In this document: in pieces, positions 25,343 through 33,911 of the stretch
Position numbering within the stretch: the stretch's first letter is position 1
Layout of the letters: each line of letters starts with the position of its first letter
Made by a program: the position numbers and the translations under genes
The notes under the pieces: generated by a model
The model's input: the letters and a program-made list of their open reading frames with translations, nothing else
Databases searched by the model: none
What the model was told of the DNA's origin: nothing
Origin: a virus
Taxonomy: Duplodnaviria > Caudoviricetes
DNA length: 48,427 nucleotides
Virus record (IMG/VR): IMGVR_UViG_3300033067_002291
Coordinates: 1 to 48,427 of that record
Reading direction: 5' to 3' (one strand)

Positions 25343-27690
25343 TTTCCCTCAAAGTTCCACCAGCTTATCAAGTTTGTGATTGTTTTAGTTGCCCGTTAAA
25401 CTATCAACGAAGTGCAATTCCTGCAATGTTCGTTAATCCCCCTGAGCTAAGCCCCAACGTGGAAACTGTTTTCATTTTTTCCGCTCCTGATGAGGCTAGC
25501 TCAGTTGGTGGAACAGATAAGGGCGTTAAGTTAATCAATTCACTTGCCCAACAAATGGGCGCTGACCCAAACAGTTTTGTTTGTTTGCCTTTAGTTTCTT
25601 GCTCCACAACGGAAATTCCCTTCGAGGCTACAATTCACTGTAACACTTGGCTCAGGTTAGCCATTGACTCGCTTAAACCTTCTAGGGTAGTTCTAATGGG
25701 GGCCTTAGCTCAAACCGTCTTCCAGACCCGCTCAGAGGCTGAAAACACGTGGTTTTTGAGCCCAAAAAATTTCAACTTTGAATGTAACGTAATTAATTGC
25801 ATTGAACCTAAAGAAGTTCTTAGAACCCCAAAAAGAATGTCTAACTTTATAAGAGTTATTCAAAAGGCTCTCTTTGGTTCAACTGAATGGATTCCACCTC
25901 TTCCAGAACAACTAAGCCAAAGTCCAAAAGAAACCGCTGAATTCATTAGAAACATTTCAAAACAAAGCGCAACTAACCATTGCAGTTTGGATTTGGAGTC
26001 CACAGAAGGAACGGACACTTATTCCAACTTCTGCCTTAACTTAGGCTTCTACTACCCTGAAAGGGAAAGAGTTCCTTTTGTAGTTCCCGGCCTTCACTTA
26101 TTCCATTCCGAGGTTCGTGAAGCCTTTAACAATTGCCAAGCAACTTTTGTAGGGAGTAACTTTCAGAACTTTGACGCTAAGTTTGTTTTCCACCTTCATG
26201 GCATTGTAATCCCTAACCTAGTTGACCTTGGGCACATTGATTTCTGCATTGATGAAAGTGAAACAGGTGAAGATGGAATTGTTAGAAAAGGTTTAGGCTT
26301 TTTAGCTCCTTTGTTAATTAATGCCCCTGACTACAAAGCAGAAATGGCTCCATACATTAAACAAATGTTCACTGCGCCAATTGAACTAGCTAACAAATAC
26401 GTTGGCTGGGATGCTTATTGTTCTTGGGGTTGTTATGAAGTTTTAATGGCTCAACTTGATGAACGGGCTACAAACCTTTTAACCAAAACAATTATTCCTA
26501 ACTGTAAAGTTCTCCGAGAAATGAGTAACGATGGGGTTCTAATTGACCGCCCATACCTGACAGAACTAAGTAAAACTTTTGACGTTGAACTGCAAACTTT
26601 AGCGGACAACTTTGGTTGGAACAACGCAAGAAAAACCGGCGATTTTAACCCTGGAAGTTGGCAACAAATGCAAAAGTTTCTTTATGGCAAAATGGGAATA
26701 ACTCCCCTAGACGCTAAGAAAGGCACTGGAGAACCAGTTCTGCTACAAATTCTCGAAAAAGGCAACTTAGCTCCCGAACAAGTTCAGGCAATTAACAACC
26801 TCTTAGAACTCCGGGAAATCTCCAAACTAAAAGGAACTTACACTGACGGCCTCCGCTCTTTGCTAACTCCTGAAGACTTCCTCCACACTGACTACCTAGG
26901 AACTGGAACTAACACCGGAAGGCCATCAAGCAAAAACCCTAACCTGCAAAACATTCCTACTCGAACTGAATTAGGCCGAGCTATTAAACGGGCTTTCATA
27001 GTTCCCAGCGGCTTTAGGTATTTCTTTAATGCTGACTATTCCCAGTTGGAAGTTAGGCTAATGGCTATTGCTAGTGGCGACCCTAAGCTAATTGAGCTAA
27101 TTAATTCAGGTGAAGACATTCACCGCTATGCGGCAAGTATCTGGTTCGGTGTACCCCAAAATGAAGTTACCAAAGAAATGCGAGCTTTTCAGAAAACTGC
27201 TAACTTTGCAATTCTTTACGGCTTAACTGAGAAAGGGGCGGGCTATCAACTAGGCTTGTCACAAAGTGAAGGGGCTAGAATTGTTAGAACTTTCAAAAAA
27301 GAAACTTTTTCTGGCCTAGGAGCTTGGGTTGACGAACAACAACAATTCGCCCTTAAACACAACTATGTTCCTTACCCCCTGAATTCATTCCGCGTTAGGC
27401 ATTTTCCTTTAATAACTAACCACAACTTAGAAGACGTTCGCAAACATTGCGTTAACAGCCCAATTCAAGGCAGAGGTAGTGACTTCTGTTTAGCAGGAAT
27501 TCAACGGGTTAGAGCGGCAGGGCTTTCGGCCCGTTTAGTTGTTCACGATTCCGTTAGCGGTTATTGCAATTCAGAAGACGAGGCCCGTGAAGTTGTTAAG
27601 CTAATGGAAGTCAGGGATTTTGCAGTTCCGTTAGTTCTTGATTGTTCAATTGGGGGCAATTGGCGCGACCAAACTGAGGTAAAACTTTGA
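25339..27690 (+). CDS. polA: Family A DNA polymerase with an N-terminal UDG family 4-like domain and a 3'-5' exonuclease
   Basis: Exo I DLES, Exo II NFQNFD, Exo III YVGWD; TNTGRPSSKNPNLQNIP; motif A ADYSQLEVR, motif B KTANFAILYG, motif C VHDS; N-terminal CFSCPL...KPSRVVLMG. Confidence 0.95.
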   Translation: MISLKVPPAYQVCDCFSCPLNYQRSAIPAMFVNPPELSPNVETVFIFSAPDEASSVGGTDKGVKLINSLAQQMGADPNSFVCLPLVSCSTTEIPFEATIHCNTWLRLAIDSLKPSRVVLMGALAQTVFQTRSEAENTWFLSPKNFNFECNVINCIEPKEVLRTPKRMSNFIRVIQKALFGSTEWIPPLPEQLSQSPKETAEFIRNISKQSATNHCSLDLESTEGTDTYSNFCLNLGFYYPERERVPFVVPGLHLFHSEVREAFNNCQATFVGSNFQNFDAKFVFHLHGIVIPNLVDLGHIDFCIDESETGEDGIVRKGLGFLAPLLINAPDYKAEMAPYIKQMFTAPIELANKYVGWDAYCSWGCYEVLMAQLDERATNLLTKTIIPNCKVLREMSNDGVLIDRPYLTELSKTFDVELQTLADNFGWNNARKTGDFNPGSWQQMQKFLYGKMGITPLDAKKGTGEPVLLQILEKGNLAPEQVQAINNLLELREISKLKGTYTDGLRSLLTPEDFLHTDYLGTGTNTGRPSSKNPNLQNIPTRTELGRAIKRAFIVPSGFRYFFNADYSQLEVRLMAIASGDPKLIELINSGEDIHRYAASIWFGVPQNEVTKEMRAFQKTANFAILYGLTEKGAGYQLGLSQSEGARIVRTFKKETFSGLGAWVDEQQQFALKHNYVPYPLNSFRVRHFPLITNHNLEDVRKHCVNSPIQGRGSDFCLAGIQRVRAAGLSARLVVHDSVSGYCNSEDEAREVVKLMEVRDFAVPLVLDCSIGGNWRDQTEVKL

Positions 27691-28016
27691 GCAGAAATTT
27701 TGGGAAACTAGATGAAGTTACAAATGAATTAGCCGGTTTTGTTAAGAACTATTTAACTGTGTTCCTTTCGGTCAGAATTATCTGTGAAGATCAAAAACAA
27801 GCAGATAGAGCCGCAGAACGTGCAACTAAACTATTTAACAGCCCAGCTTTTATAATTAAGGCAGAAGATTGTGGCCCAGTTGGACAAATTGGCTTTTTTA
27901 CAGGAATGTGTGAGGAACTTTATAGAGAACCTAGAGGCCGTTACTTTGAATTTACGAAGAAATATTTTGCTATTAAAGCAATAATCACCAAAACTGGGGA
28001 GCTAAGTCGAAACTAA
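27687..28016 (+). CDS. Hypothetical protein
   Basis: 109-aa ORF coupled to both neighbours. Confidence 0.6.
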   Translation: MSRNFGKLDEVTNELAGFVKNYLTVFLSVRIICEDQKQADRAAERATKLFNSPAFIIKAEDCGPVGQIGFFTGMCEELYREPRGRYFEFTKKYFAIKAIITKTGELSRN

Positions 28017-28549
28017 TGGGCCTGGCCCCAACTAACCCAGAGTTCTCAATTGAGAAAAGCGTTAACAAATGGAGAAACATCTACATTTCTTTCATTATGA
28101 GAACTGCCCACTGTAACTTTGAAACAGCAGAAGACATTTTCTTTACTTACATAGCCTACCTTTTTGAAAGAGGAATTACTCACGCTTGTCCAGCCTACAT
28201 TAAAAGCGGACTGAGAAACAAATGCATTGACCACGTTAGACGAGATAGCAAAAGTGATTCTTACTCTCTTCAAGACATTTTAATTCACAACGGGGAACAA
28301 CTAAAAAAGCTCCACTTTGAAGATAAGTTCATTGACCGGGGGGCCGTTGTTACTTTAACTGACGTTGAATTTCAAAGAGGTTTTCTCGATCAACTAACTC
28401 CGAAACTTCTTGAAACTGCTTTAGCTTTAATCAATAACGACAAACCATCAGTTGAAAAAAGCCGAAGAAGCCGAAGAGCCCGTGACCGTAACAAATTGAT
28501 TGCTCTATTGGAACGCTATAACAAAGAAAAAGGAACCCACTCACAATGA
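28016..28549 (+). CDS. Sigma-70/ECF-like protein 3
   Basis: ETAEDIF...AYIKSGLRNKCIDHVRR is an ECF region 2 pattern; region 4 is degenerate (LDQLTPK...RSRRARDR). Confidence 0.65.
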   Translation: MGLAPTNPEFSIEKSVNKWRNIYISFIMRTAHCNFETAEDIFFTYIAYLFERGITHACPAYIKSGLRNKCIDHVRRDSKSDSYSLQDILIHNGEQLKKLHFEDKFIDRGAVVTLTDVEFQRGFLDQLTPKLLETALALINNDKPSVEKSRRSRRARDRNKLIALLERYNKEKGTHSQ

Positions 28550-29046
28550 AACTAAAAATAATCCCTAAACTCCTACAATGGCATAACAAACGGCCCAAGA
28601 ACGCAGTTGTAAACACAATTGTTCTTCACGCAACAGACGGGGCTTCTGCCCTTAGCTCTATTGCATGGCAAGCGATTAGCAGAACAAGTTACCACTTCAT
28701 TATTGAACGGGACGGAACTGTTTACAAGTGTTGCCCAATTAGCCTAAGAGCTTGGCACGCCGGGAAAAGCGTTGGCCCTTTAGGAAATGACGTTAACAAC
28801 TACTCAATTGGAATTTGTTTTGCTAACTTTGAAAGCCGACGAGAACACATTACCGGAGAACAACAAGTAGCCTGCTTAGATTTAATTAAGGAAATTATGC
28901 GAATTAGTTCATATAAATTTAAGTGGTTAACTCGCCATAGAACAATTGCACCTACTCGCAAAACTGACCCATTAATGCTTAACCAAAATGACATGAACAG
29001 AATTGCTCAAGAAGCCAATTTACAAATATGGACGTTACCAAACTAA
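28546..29046 (+). CDS. N-acetylmuramoyl-L-alanine amidase (Amidase_2), probable endolysin
   Basis: IVLHAT, SYHFIIERDG, AWHAG, NNYSIGIC, RHRTIAPTRKTDP. Confidence 0.9.
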   Translation: MKLKIIPKLLQWHNKRPKNAVVNTIVLHATDGASALSSIAWQAISRTSYHFIIERDGTVYKCCPISLRAWHAGKSVGPLGNDVNNYSIGICFANFESRREHITGEQQVACLDLIKEIMRISSYKFKWLTRHRTIAPTRKTDPLMLNQNDMNRIAQEANLQIWTLPN

Positions 29047-29609
29047 AAACTCCCACTACTAAAGCTGAAAACTATGAGCTTTACCACAAAGGCTATTACG
29101 GAAACCACTTAGCCTTTTGGCCCAGCTTAGGGGCTTTTTTGCAGGACGAAACTTGGGATCAAAGTAGGCCAGTTGCTTTACGAACTTCCTTTACCCCAGG
29201 AATTCAACTTCCTTATTATTGTGTTCCAACAATGCCAATTGCAGTTGGAACCATAGCTAATGAATGGGAATCATTAGGGGTTCCTCTTTCAGCAATTGTC
29301 CTAAATGAAATTGGCCCCGATGAATTCATTGCTATTCAAGGAGAAGTAATGCTCTCGATCAATGGAATGGATTTGCGCTATTCAACTGAAAAACTGTTAA
29401 TGAGACAGGCTCTAGCCAAAAGCCAGAAGCATGTCTCGGGGTTAGTTGCCCAACAAACCTTATTAGCTTTTCTCGACCCAACGAGTTACGACAACTTGCA
29501 AAGGTTGTTTGACGATTTTCCAGATGCTATAATTGAATTCAGCACTTACTCTAGACCAGTAGGCGTTCTGCAAAACAACACAGTTATCTGGGAAGTAAGG
29601 AACTACTAA
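29028..29609 (+). CDS. Hypothetical protein, possibly with an ATP-grasp-like fold
   Basis: PVALRTS, IVLNE, IIEFS, VIWEVR recall PPDK/PEP synthase ATP-grasp motifs (weak). Confidence 0.45.
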   Translation: MDVTKLKTPTTKAENYELYHKGYYGNHLAFWPSLGAFLQDETWDQSRPVALRTSFTPGIQLPYYCVPTMPIAVGTIANEWESLGVPLSAIVLNEIGPDEFIAIQGEVMLSINGMDLRYSTEKLLMRQALAKSQKHVSGLVAQQTLLAFLDPTSYDNLQRLFDDFPDAIIEFSTYSRPVGVLQNNTVIWEVRNY

Positions 29610-29611
29610 AA

Positions 29612-30118
29612 ATGACAAGACGACAAGAAATTTTACTTGCTCAGTTAGCAGAAGAAGCCGCAGAAGTAATTCAGGCAGTTGCCAAAATCCAACGCTTCGG
29701 CCTAGAAGACGTTTATGAAGAACAAACAAACAAACAAAAACTTTTCCTAGAGGTTACTGATTTCTTTTCTGTAAGAAATCTTTTAGTGGGTGAAGGAATT
29801 CTAAGATTTCACGAACATGAAGAAGAGGCCCTTAAAATTGCTAAAGTTGAAAAATGGCTTAAATATTCCCTGGAAGACAAACTAGTTTTTGAAAAAATGG
29901 CAAAGGCATTAGGAGCGGAGCTTCGAGCCAATAACCTTGGAGATAATTTAGTTGAAGAGGTTCTAAGCGTTAAAGGTTCAGAGGGCTTTACTCCAATGGT
30001 GGGAGGAAAAGAAGTTACCCCACTAGAACAAATGGTGGAAAGCCTAAAAGCTGAAAGCTCGACAAATAAAACAGATTATTTTGATCCAAGAAACCCAGGC
30101 CCAAAGGAGCTTCGCTAA
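29612..30118 (+). CDS. MazG-like nucleotide pyrophosphohydrolase
   Basis: LAEEAAEVIQAVAKIQRFG...LEVTD (ExxE...ExxD). Confidence 0.75.
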   Translation: MTRRQEILLAQLAEEAAEVIQAVAKIQRFGLEDVYEEQTNKQKLFLEVTDFFSVRNLLVGEGILRFHEHEEEALKIAKVEKWLKYSLEDKLVFEKMAKALGAELRANNLGDNLVEEVLSVKGSEGFTPMVGGKEVTPLEQMVESLKAESSTNKTDYFDPRNPGPKELR

Positions 30119-30121
30119 CTA

Positions 30122-31120
30122 ATGTTTAATTCACAAATTCTCGCAGATACGCTCTTTCAAAATGGCGCCCGTGTAACCACAGTTGCCCTAACTTTCCCCA
30201 GGTCAATTCTTGCTGAGTTTAACACTCACAAGATGATTTCTAAGAACGCTGGAAGTAGTAGGGCTAAACCTTTCAAAACCCTTCTAAAGGAAATTCAAAC
30301 AAATCCTTTCATGCCAGTTTTCCGTAAGAATGGAAAAGGAATGCAGGCATACGAAGAACTAACTCCCGAAGAAATGGAAGGAGCTAGCTACCATTGGTTA
30401 AAAGCAAGTTGGTTAGCAATTGAGCAGGCTGAAAGGTTAGCCAATCCAGAAGGTTTCAACGTTCACAAACAATACGTTAACCGTTTGTTAGAGCCTTGGA
30501 TGTGGGTAACTGTAATAGCTACTGGAACCGAGTGGGCTAACTTGTTTGCTCAGCGTTGTCACCCAGCCGCAGAACCTAGCTTCCAAAAAATAGCAACACT
30601 TTTCTATGAACAATATAAAGCTAACGTTCCACTTGAGCCTTTAGACAATTGGCACCTGCCATATTGGACAGCAGAAGATTCCCAAGAACACCAATTTAAG
30701 TACAACTACAAGAACGTTTGCGCAAAACTAGGAGAGACTTTCCAGGCAACTCAAAGTGAAGTTGAAGCCTTTTACTCCTTAGAGCGGTTTCAAAAGTTCT
30801 ACGTTCAAGACGTAACTGCCGGAAGGTGTGCTAGGGTTAGTTACAGAAACGAACAAGGAGAAATTGATCACCTTAATGACATTCGTCTAGCGGTTCAACT
30901 CTCTAAAAACCATCCAGGACATTGGAGCCCATTTGAACACGTAGTTACAGAAGCCCAACAAGAAGACATGGTTTATAAATTGAGCCAAGTAGAAGTGGAC
31001 GGTTTAGATGATAAACCTTACCCTTTTGAAGGGGTGCTAGGTTTCTGTGCTAACCTTAGAGGAGCTAAAAGCTACCGACGATTTTTCCCGAACGAAAACA
31101 TTACGGAAATGCCAACATGA
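30122..31120 (+). CDS. thyX: Phage-type flavin-dependent thymidylate synthase
   Basis: PRSILAEFNTHKMISKNAGSSRA, VHKQYVNRLLEP, RCARVSY, GHWSPFEH. Confidence 0.85.
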   Translation: MFNSQILADTLFQNGARVTTVALTFPRSILAEFNTHKMISKNAGSSRAKPFKTLLKEIQTNPFMPVFRKNGKGMQAYEELTPEEMEGASYHWLKASWLAIEQAERLANPEGFNVHKQYVNRLLEPWMWVTVIATGTEWANLFAQRCHPAAEPSFQKIATLFYEQYKANVPLEPLDNWHLPYWTAEDSQEHQFKYNYKNVCAKLGETFQATQSEVEAFYSLERFQKFYVQDVTAGRCARVSYRNEQGEIDHLNDIRLAVQLSKNHPGHWSPFEHVVTEAQQEDMVYKLSQVEVDGLDDKPYPFEGVLGFCANLRGAKSYRRFFPNENITEMPT

Positions 31121-31293
31121 ACGAAACAACAACAACAATAAGAGAAGCAATTGCTAAATTAGTTGACGCCCTTAACGCTAATGAAAATGGAAGGCCCTCT
31201 ACAAGGGAACTTTCTTTAGCTAAAACCGCTTTACAAGAAGCAGGTTTTTGGGTAATTCAACATGAAGTCGAAACGGAGTCAATTGCTCTATGA
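31117..31293 (+). CDS. 58-aa Acb2/Tad1-hairpin-like protein (not in the ORF track)
   Basis: MNETTTTIREAIAKLVDALNANENGRPSTRELSLAKTALQEAGFWVIQHEVETESIAL; ATGA overlaps at both ends. Confidence 0.65.
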   Translation: MNETTTTIREAIAKLVDALNANENGRPSTRELSLAKTALQEAGFWVIQHEVETESIAL

Positions 31294-31496
31294 ACAAAAC
31301 AATCACAATTTATTTATCAGTCAAATTCCGGGCCTTTGGAATTACTTTTGGAACCATGAAGGAGGCATGGGAAGTTAACCTTAACAATGTTAGCAAGCCA
31401 TTTAACTCAATTCCTTGGACAGAGGCTCCAACTGGAAACAAGCTTTACGACAAGCAAGGCATTAAGCTAATTGTTGGAATAGTTAACCCGCTCTAA
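31290..31496 (+). CDS. Hypothetical protein, last gene of the plus-strand arm
   Basis: 68-aa ORF. Confidence 0.6.
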   Translation: MNKTITIYLSVKFRAFGITFGTMKEAWEVNLNNVSKPFNSIPWTEAPTGNKLYDKQGIKLIVGIVNPL

Positions 31497-31499
31497 AAC

Positions 31500-31524
31500 A
31501 AAAAAGCCCCTTTTTACAGGGGCT
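31500..31524 (-). terminator. Terminator at the convergence of the two arms
   Basis: AGCCCCT-ttttac-AGGGGCT with an A-run on the left (U-tail on the minus strand). Confidence 0.75.
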
Positions 31525-31552
31525 AAGTCAAACTGCCTTTAACCGTAAAAAG

Positions 31553-31762
31553 TTAAAGGCTTTTCTTTGTGTCAAGAGGAACAGTGGTCAACATTCGCAA
31601 AACGAACTGGAGAATTCCAATTATCGCTACAAAGGCTCCAGCAATTTTGGGGTTCTGCAAAACAAAAGTATCAGTTCCTAGGTAAGTCAGTAGGCCGATC
31701 ACCGAGGTAATAATTGCCATCCATAAAGTTTTACTTGTTAGTGGGTTTTTGTTTGGGGTCAT
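31553..31762 (-). CDS. Putative holin
   Basis: 69 aa, two transmembrane helices, SKTLW start, basic C-terminus. Confidence 0.65.
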   Translation of the reverse strand: MTPNKNPLTSKTLWMAIITSVIGLLTYLGTDTFVLQNPKIAGAFVAIIGILQFVLRMLTTVPLDTKKSL

Positions 31763-32106
31763 GGTTGTTTCCTTTTCTCTTTGAGAAGTTCGTTAATTCC
31801 TTTGTTCACAATCTCCAATTGTGCTGTAGTTCCTTTCTGTCGTTCCGACATAATTGCAATTGTTTTGTCAAGTTCTGTAACTTTATCAGCCCTCACCTTC
31901 TGTTCAAGAGCTAAGTTAGTAACGTCAGCTTTAACAGTGGCAATGTTGAAAGTTAAGTTAGCTACCCAAATTCCGAAGCCAAAAATGAGCACGGCTCCTA
32001 CGTAGATTGCGCCAACTATTTTTGGTAATAATTTAATGTACTCGAAAGTAGTGTGGTCTTCTGATGTAATTGTAAAAACAGGGGGAATAATTTCAGGTGG
32101 TGCCAT
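31759..32106 (-). CDS. Single-TM coiled-coil protein (lysis accessory candidate)
   Basis: TM segment IVGAIYVGAVLIFGFGIWV followed by a heptad-rich tail. Confidence 0.55.
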   Translation of the reverse strand: MAPPEIIPPVFTITSEDHTTFEYIKLLPKIVGAIYVGAVLIFGFGIWVANLTFNIATVKADVTNLALEQKVRADKVTELDKTIAIMSERQKGTTAQLEIVNKGINELLKEKRKQP

Positions 32107-32120
32107 AAGTTTTCCTCTTT

Positions 32121-33530
32121 CTATGCAGGTGCGCCTTCAATAATCAAGCTGACTTCAACTTGTGCCAAAGCGGCGTAACCGGAAGCACTGTAATGAATAT
32201 ATGCTCCGGCGGCGTCCGCTTCCCAACTTGTTGGGGTATCTCTTGTTGCAGTTTCTCCAAGGTAAGCATCGAAGTCCATCATAGCACAATGGGCAGTTCC
32301 ATTAGCAACGTTATAAACTGCCTGCTTCATAATGCGATAGTTAGTTAATCTTGCCTGTGGGGCAGGTGGAATTTTAAGAAGAACGCAAGGTTTAGAAGGT
32401 CGAGAAATAATTCGATCAACTAACTTTTGCAGAACTGCTTGGAAAATAACTAAGCCCTCTTCTGGAGTATTAGGAGTTGTTGAGTTTCCATAAGAACTTT
32501 GATCATTGATTAAGAATTCAATGGTAAACAAAGCCGCTCTCCCAGTTCCCCCAACAGTTGAAACATCGGTGTCAGAAGTCCAACTCCAAGCATCTACATT
32601 TGAATGAATGTCTAACTTGTTCGCAATGTTATTATCAAAGTTCAGTTCATCCATGTTAACAGTGTCATAGCCACTTCTGAGCATGGCAGAGGAACCACCA
32701 GAAGCATAAAGGTTCCAACCACTTCTTCCTAATCTATGATAACGAAGTCCGGCATTTCTATCTCCATAGTAGTGAATGAATCCATTAACATGAACACTAT
32801 CTCCACTTGGGTTAGAAACAGTAACAACTGTATTAGTCGCACTCGCAGTTGCTCCCAGCATGATGTTCTCTTTATGCAGGCAACCAGTTCCATTAGTTGT
32901 CCAACCAGGCAAATTAGTTGCCCAATTAGGAGCAACAGGGGCGGCAACTCTACAAGTTATGTTAGCTCCAACTGCTTGAGCAGAACCAGTTCCAGTAATT
33001 GCATAAGGAAGTGTTCTAACTGTTCCAGCCTCTTTTCTGATAACTAAATCAATGTCCGTACACCAGTTAGTTGTTAAAACAACTGTTGCCCCACTTCCAC
33101 TAGCAAAGCGGCAAGTAGCAAAAGCAACATGACCATTGGCCTTTGCAGGAGTAGAGCTAGTAAACGTTCCTGTATTTACAACAGTAGTGTTAGTAACACC
33201 GGAAGAAGTGTAAGAAGTAATGAACCCCAAACCGCCCTTAATTAGTGGCGCCCACTTTCGGTTAGCCCACTGTTGAAGTTGTTCTCCAACATACCGGCCC
33301 CAAGAATACAAAGCTCCATTACTTGCCCCAGTTCCTTCTTCTAAGGAATCTCCTAACATAACAACATCAATGCCCCCATTAGTTGCAATGCTGGGAAGTC
33401 TGGAATAGAAACGGCTTAACTTATTTGGATCGAACTTAGCCCTAACAGCCTGAGCAGACCTAATAGGAACTTGTGCCGAACCGTCAGGTTCTCTTGTAAG
33501 TTTGGGAATAGTAATAGAACCAGAAGCCAC
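32121..33530 (-). CDS. SGNH/GDSL esterase-domain tail protein
   Basis: Block I MLGDSLEEG, block II LGRSG, block III FLIND, block V YIHYSASGY; beta-rich insert between blocks I and II. Confidence 0.75.
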   Translation of the reverse strand: MASGSITIPKLTREPDGSAQVPIRSAQAVRAKFDPNKLSRFYSRLPSIATNGGIDVVMLGDSLEEGTGASNGALYSWGRYVGEQLQQWANRKWAPLIKGGLGFITSYTSSGVTNTTVVNTGTFTSSTPAKANGHVAFATCRFASGSGATVVLTTNWCTDIDLVIRKEAGTVRTLPYAITGTGSAQAVGANITCRVAAPVAPNWATNLPGWTTNGTGCLHKENIMLGATASATNTVVTVSNPSGDSVHVNGFIHYYGDRNAGLRYHRLGRSGWNLYASGGSSAMLRSGYDTVNMDELNFDNNIANKLDIHSNVDAWSWTSDTDVSTVGGTGRAALFTIEFLINDQSSYGNSTTPNTPEEGLVIFQAVLQKLVDRIISRPSKPCVLLKIPPAPQARLTNYRIMKQAVYNVANGTAHCAMMDFDAYLGETATRDTPTSWEADAAGAYIHYSASGYAALAQVEVSLIIEGAPA

Positions 33531-33533
33531 TAG

Positions 33534-33908
33534 TTATTCAACTCTCCCTAAATTAATTGGTGCAGAGTAATAGCTTCCAGCTGGAAGAGTAACTCCGGTT
33601 GTTGCAGTTGGAATTGTTCCAACATCTCCAACTAAACCAGTTGTTAACAAACCAGTCCAACTAGCATAAATGTCTCCACTAGCTAAAAGAATTTGCGCTC
33701 CAACAATTCTATCGGCCTCTGCCCCAATTCCTAAAATGCTTTCGGCAATTCCTTTCCCAGTAACTCCAGTTGTAGGGATTTCATAAGCCGCGCTAAAAGC
33801 TCTCTGTAACTGGCTTCCATCAAACAGAGCAATAGAAACTGTTTTATTAGTTGTGGCACTAGCCAAAACTATGTTTTGAAAATTTGCTTTCTCGTAAAGT
33901 TGTCCCAT
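33534..33908 (-). CDS. Putative virion structural protein
   Basis: 124 aa, G/T/A-rich, in the tail module. Confidence 0.55.
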   Translation of the reverse strand: MGQLYEKANFQNIVLASATTNKTVSIALFDGSQLQRAFSAAYEIPTTGVTGKGIAESILGIGAEADRIVGAQILLASGDIYASWTGLLTTGLVGDVGTIPTATTGVTLPAGSYYSAPINLGRVE

Positions 33909-33911
33909 CCC

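Noticed and set aside
25486-25505. CTGATGA inside polA as another hammerhead
   Set aside because: No suitably placed GAAA box or flanking stems.
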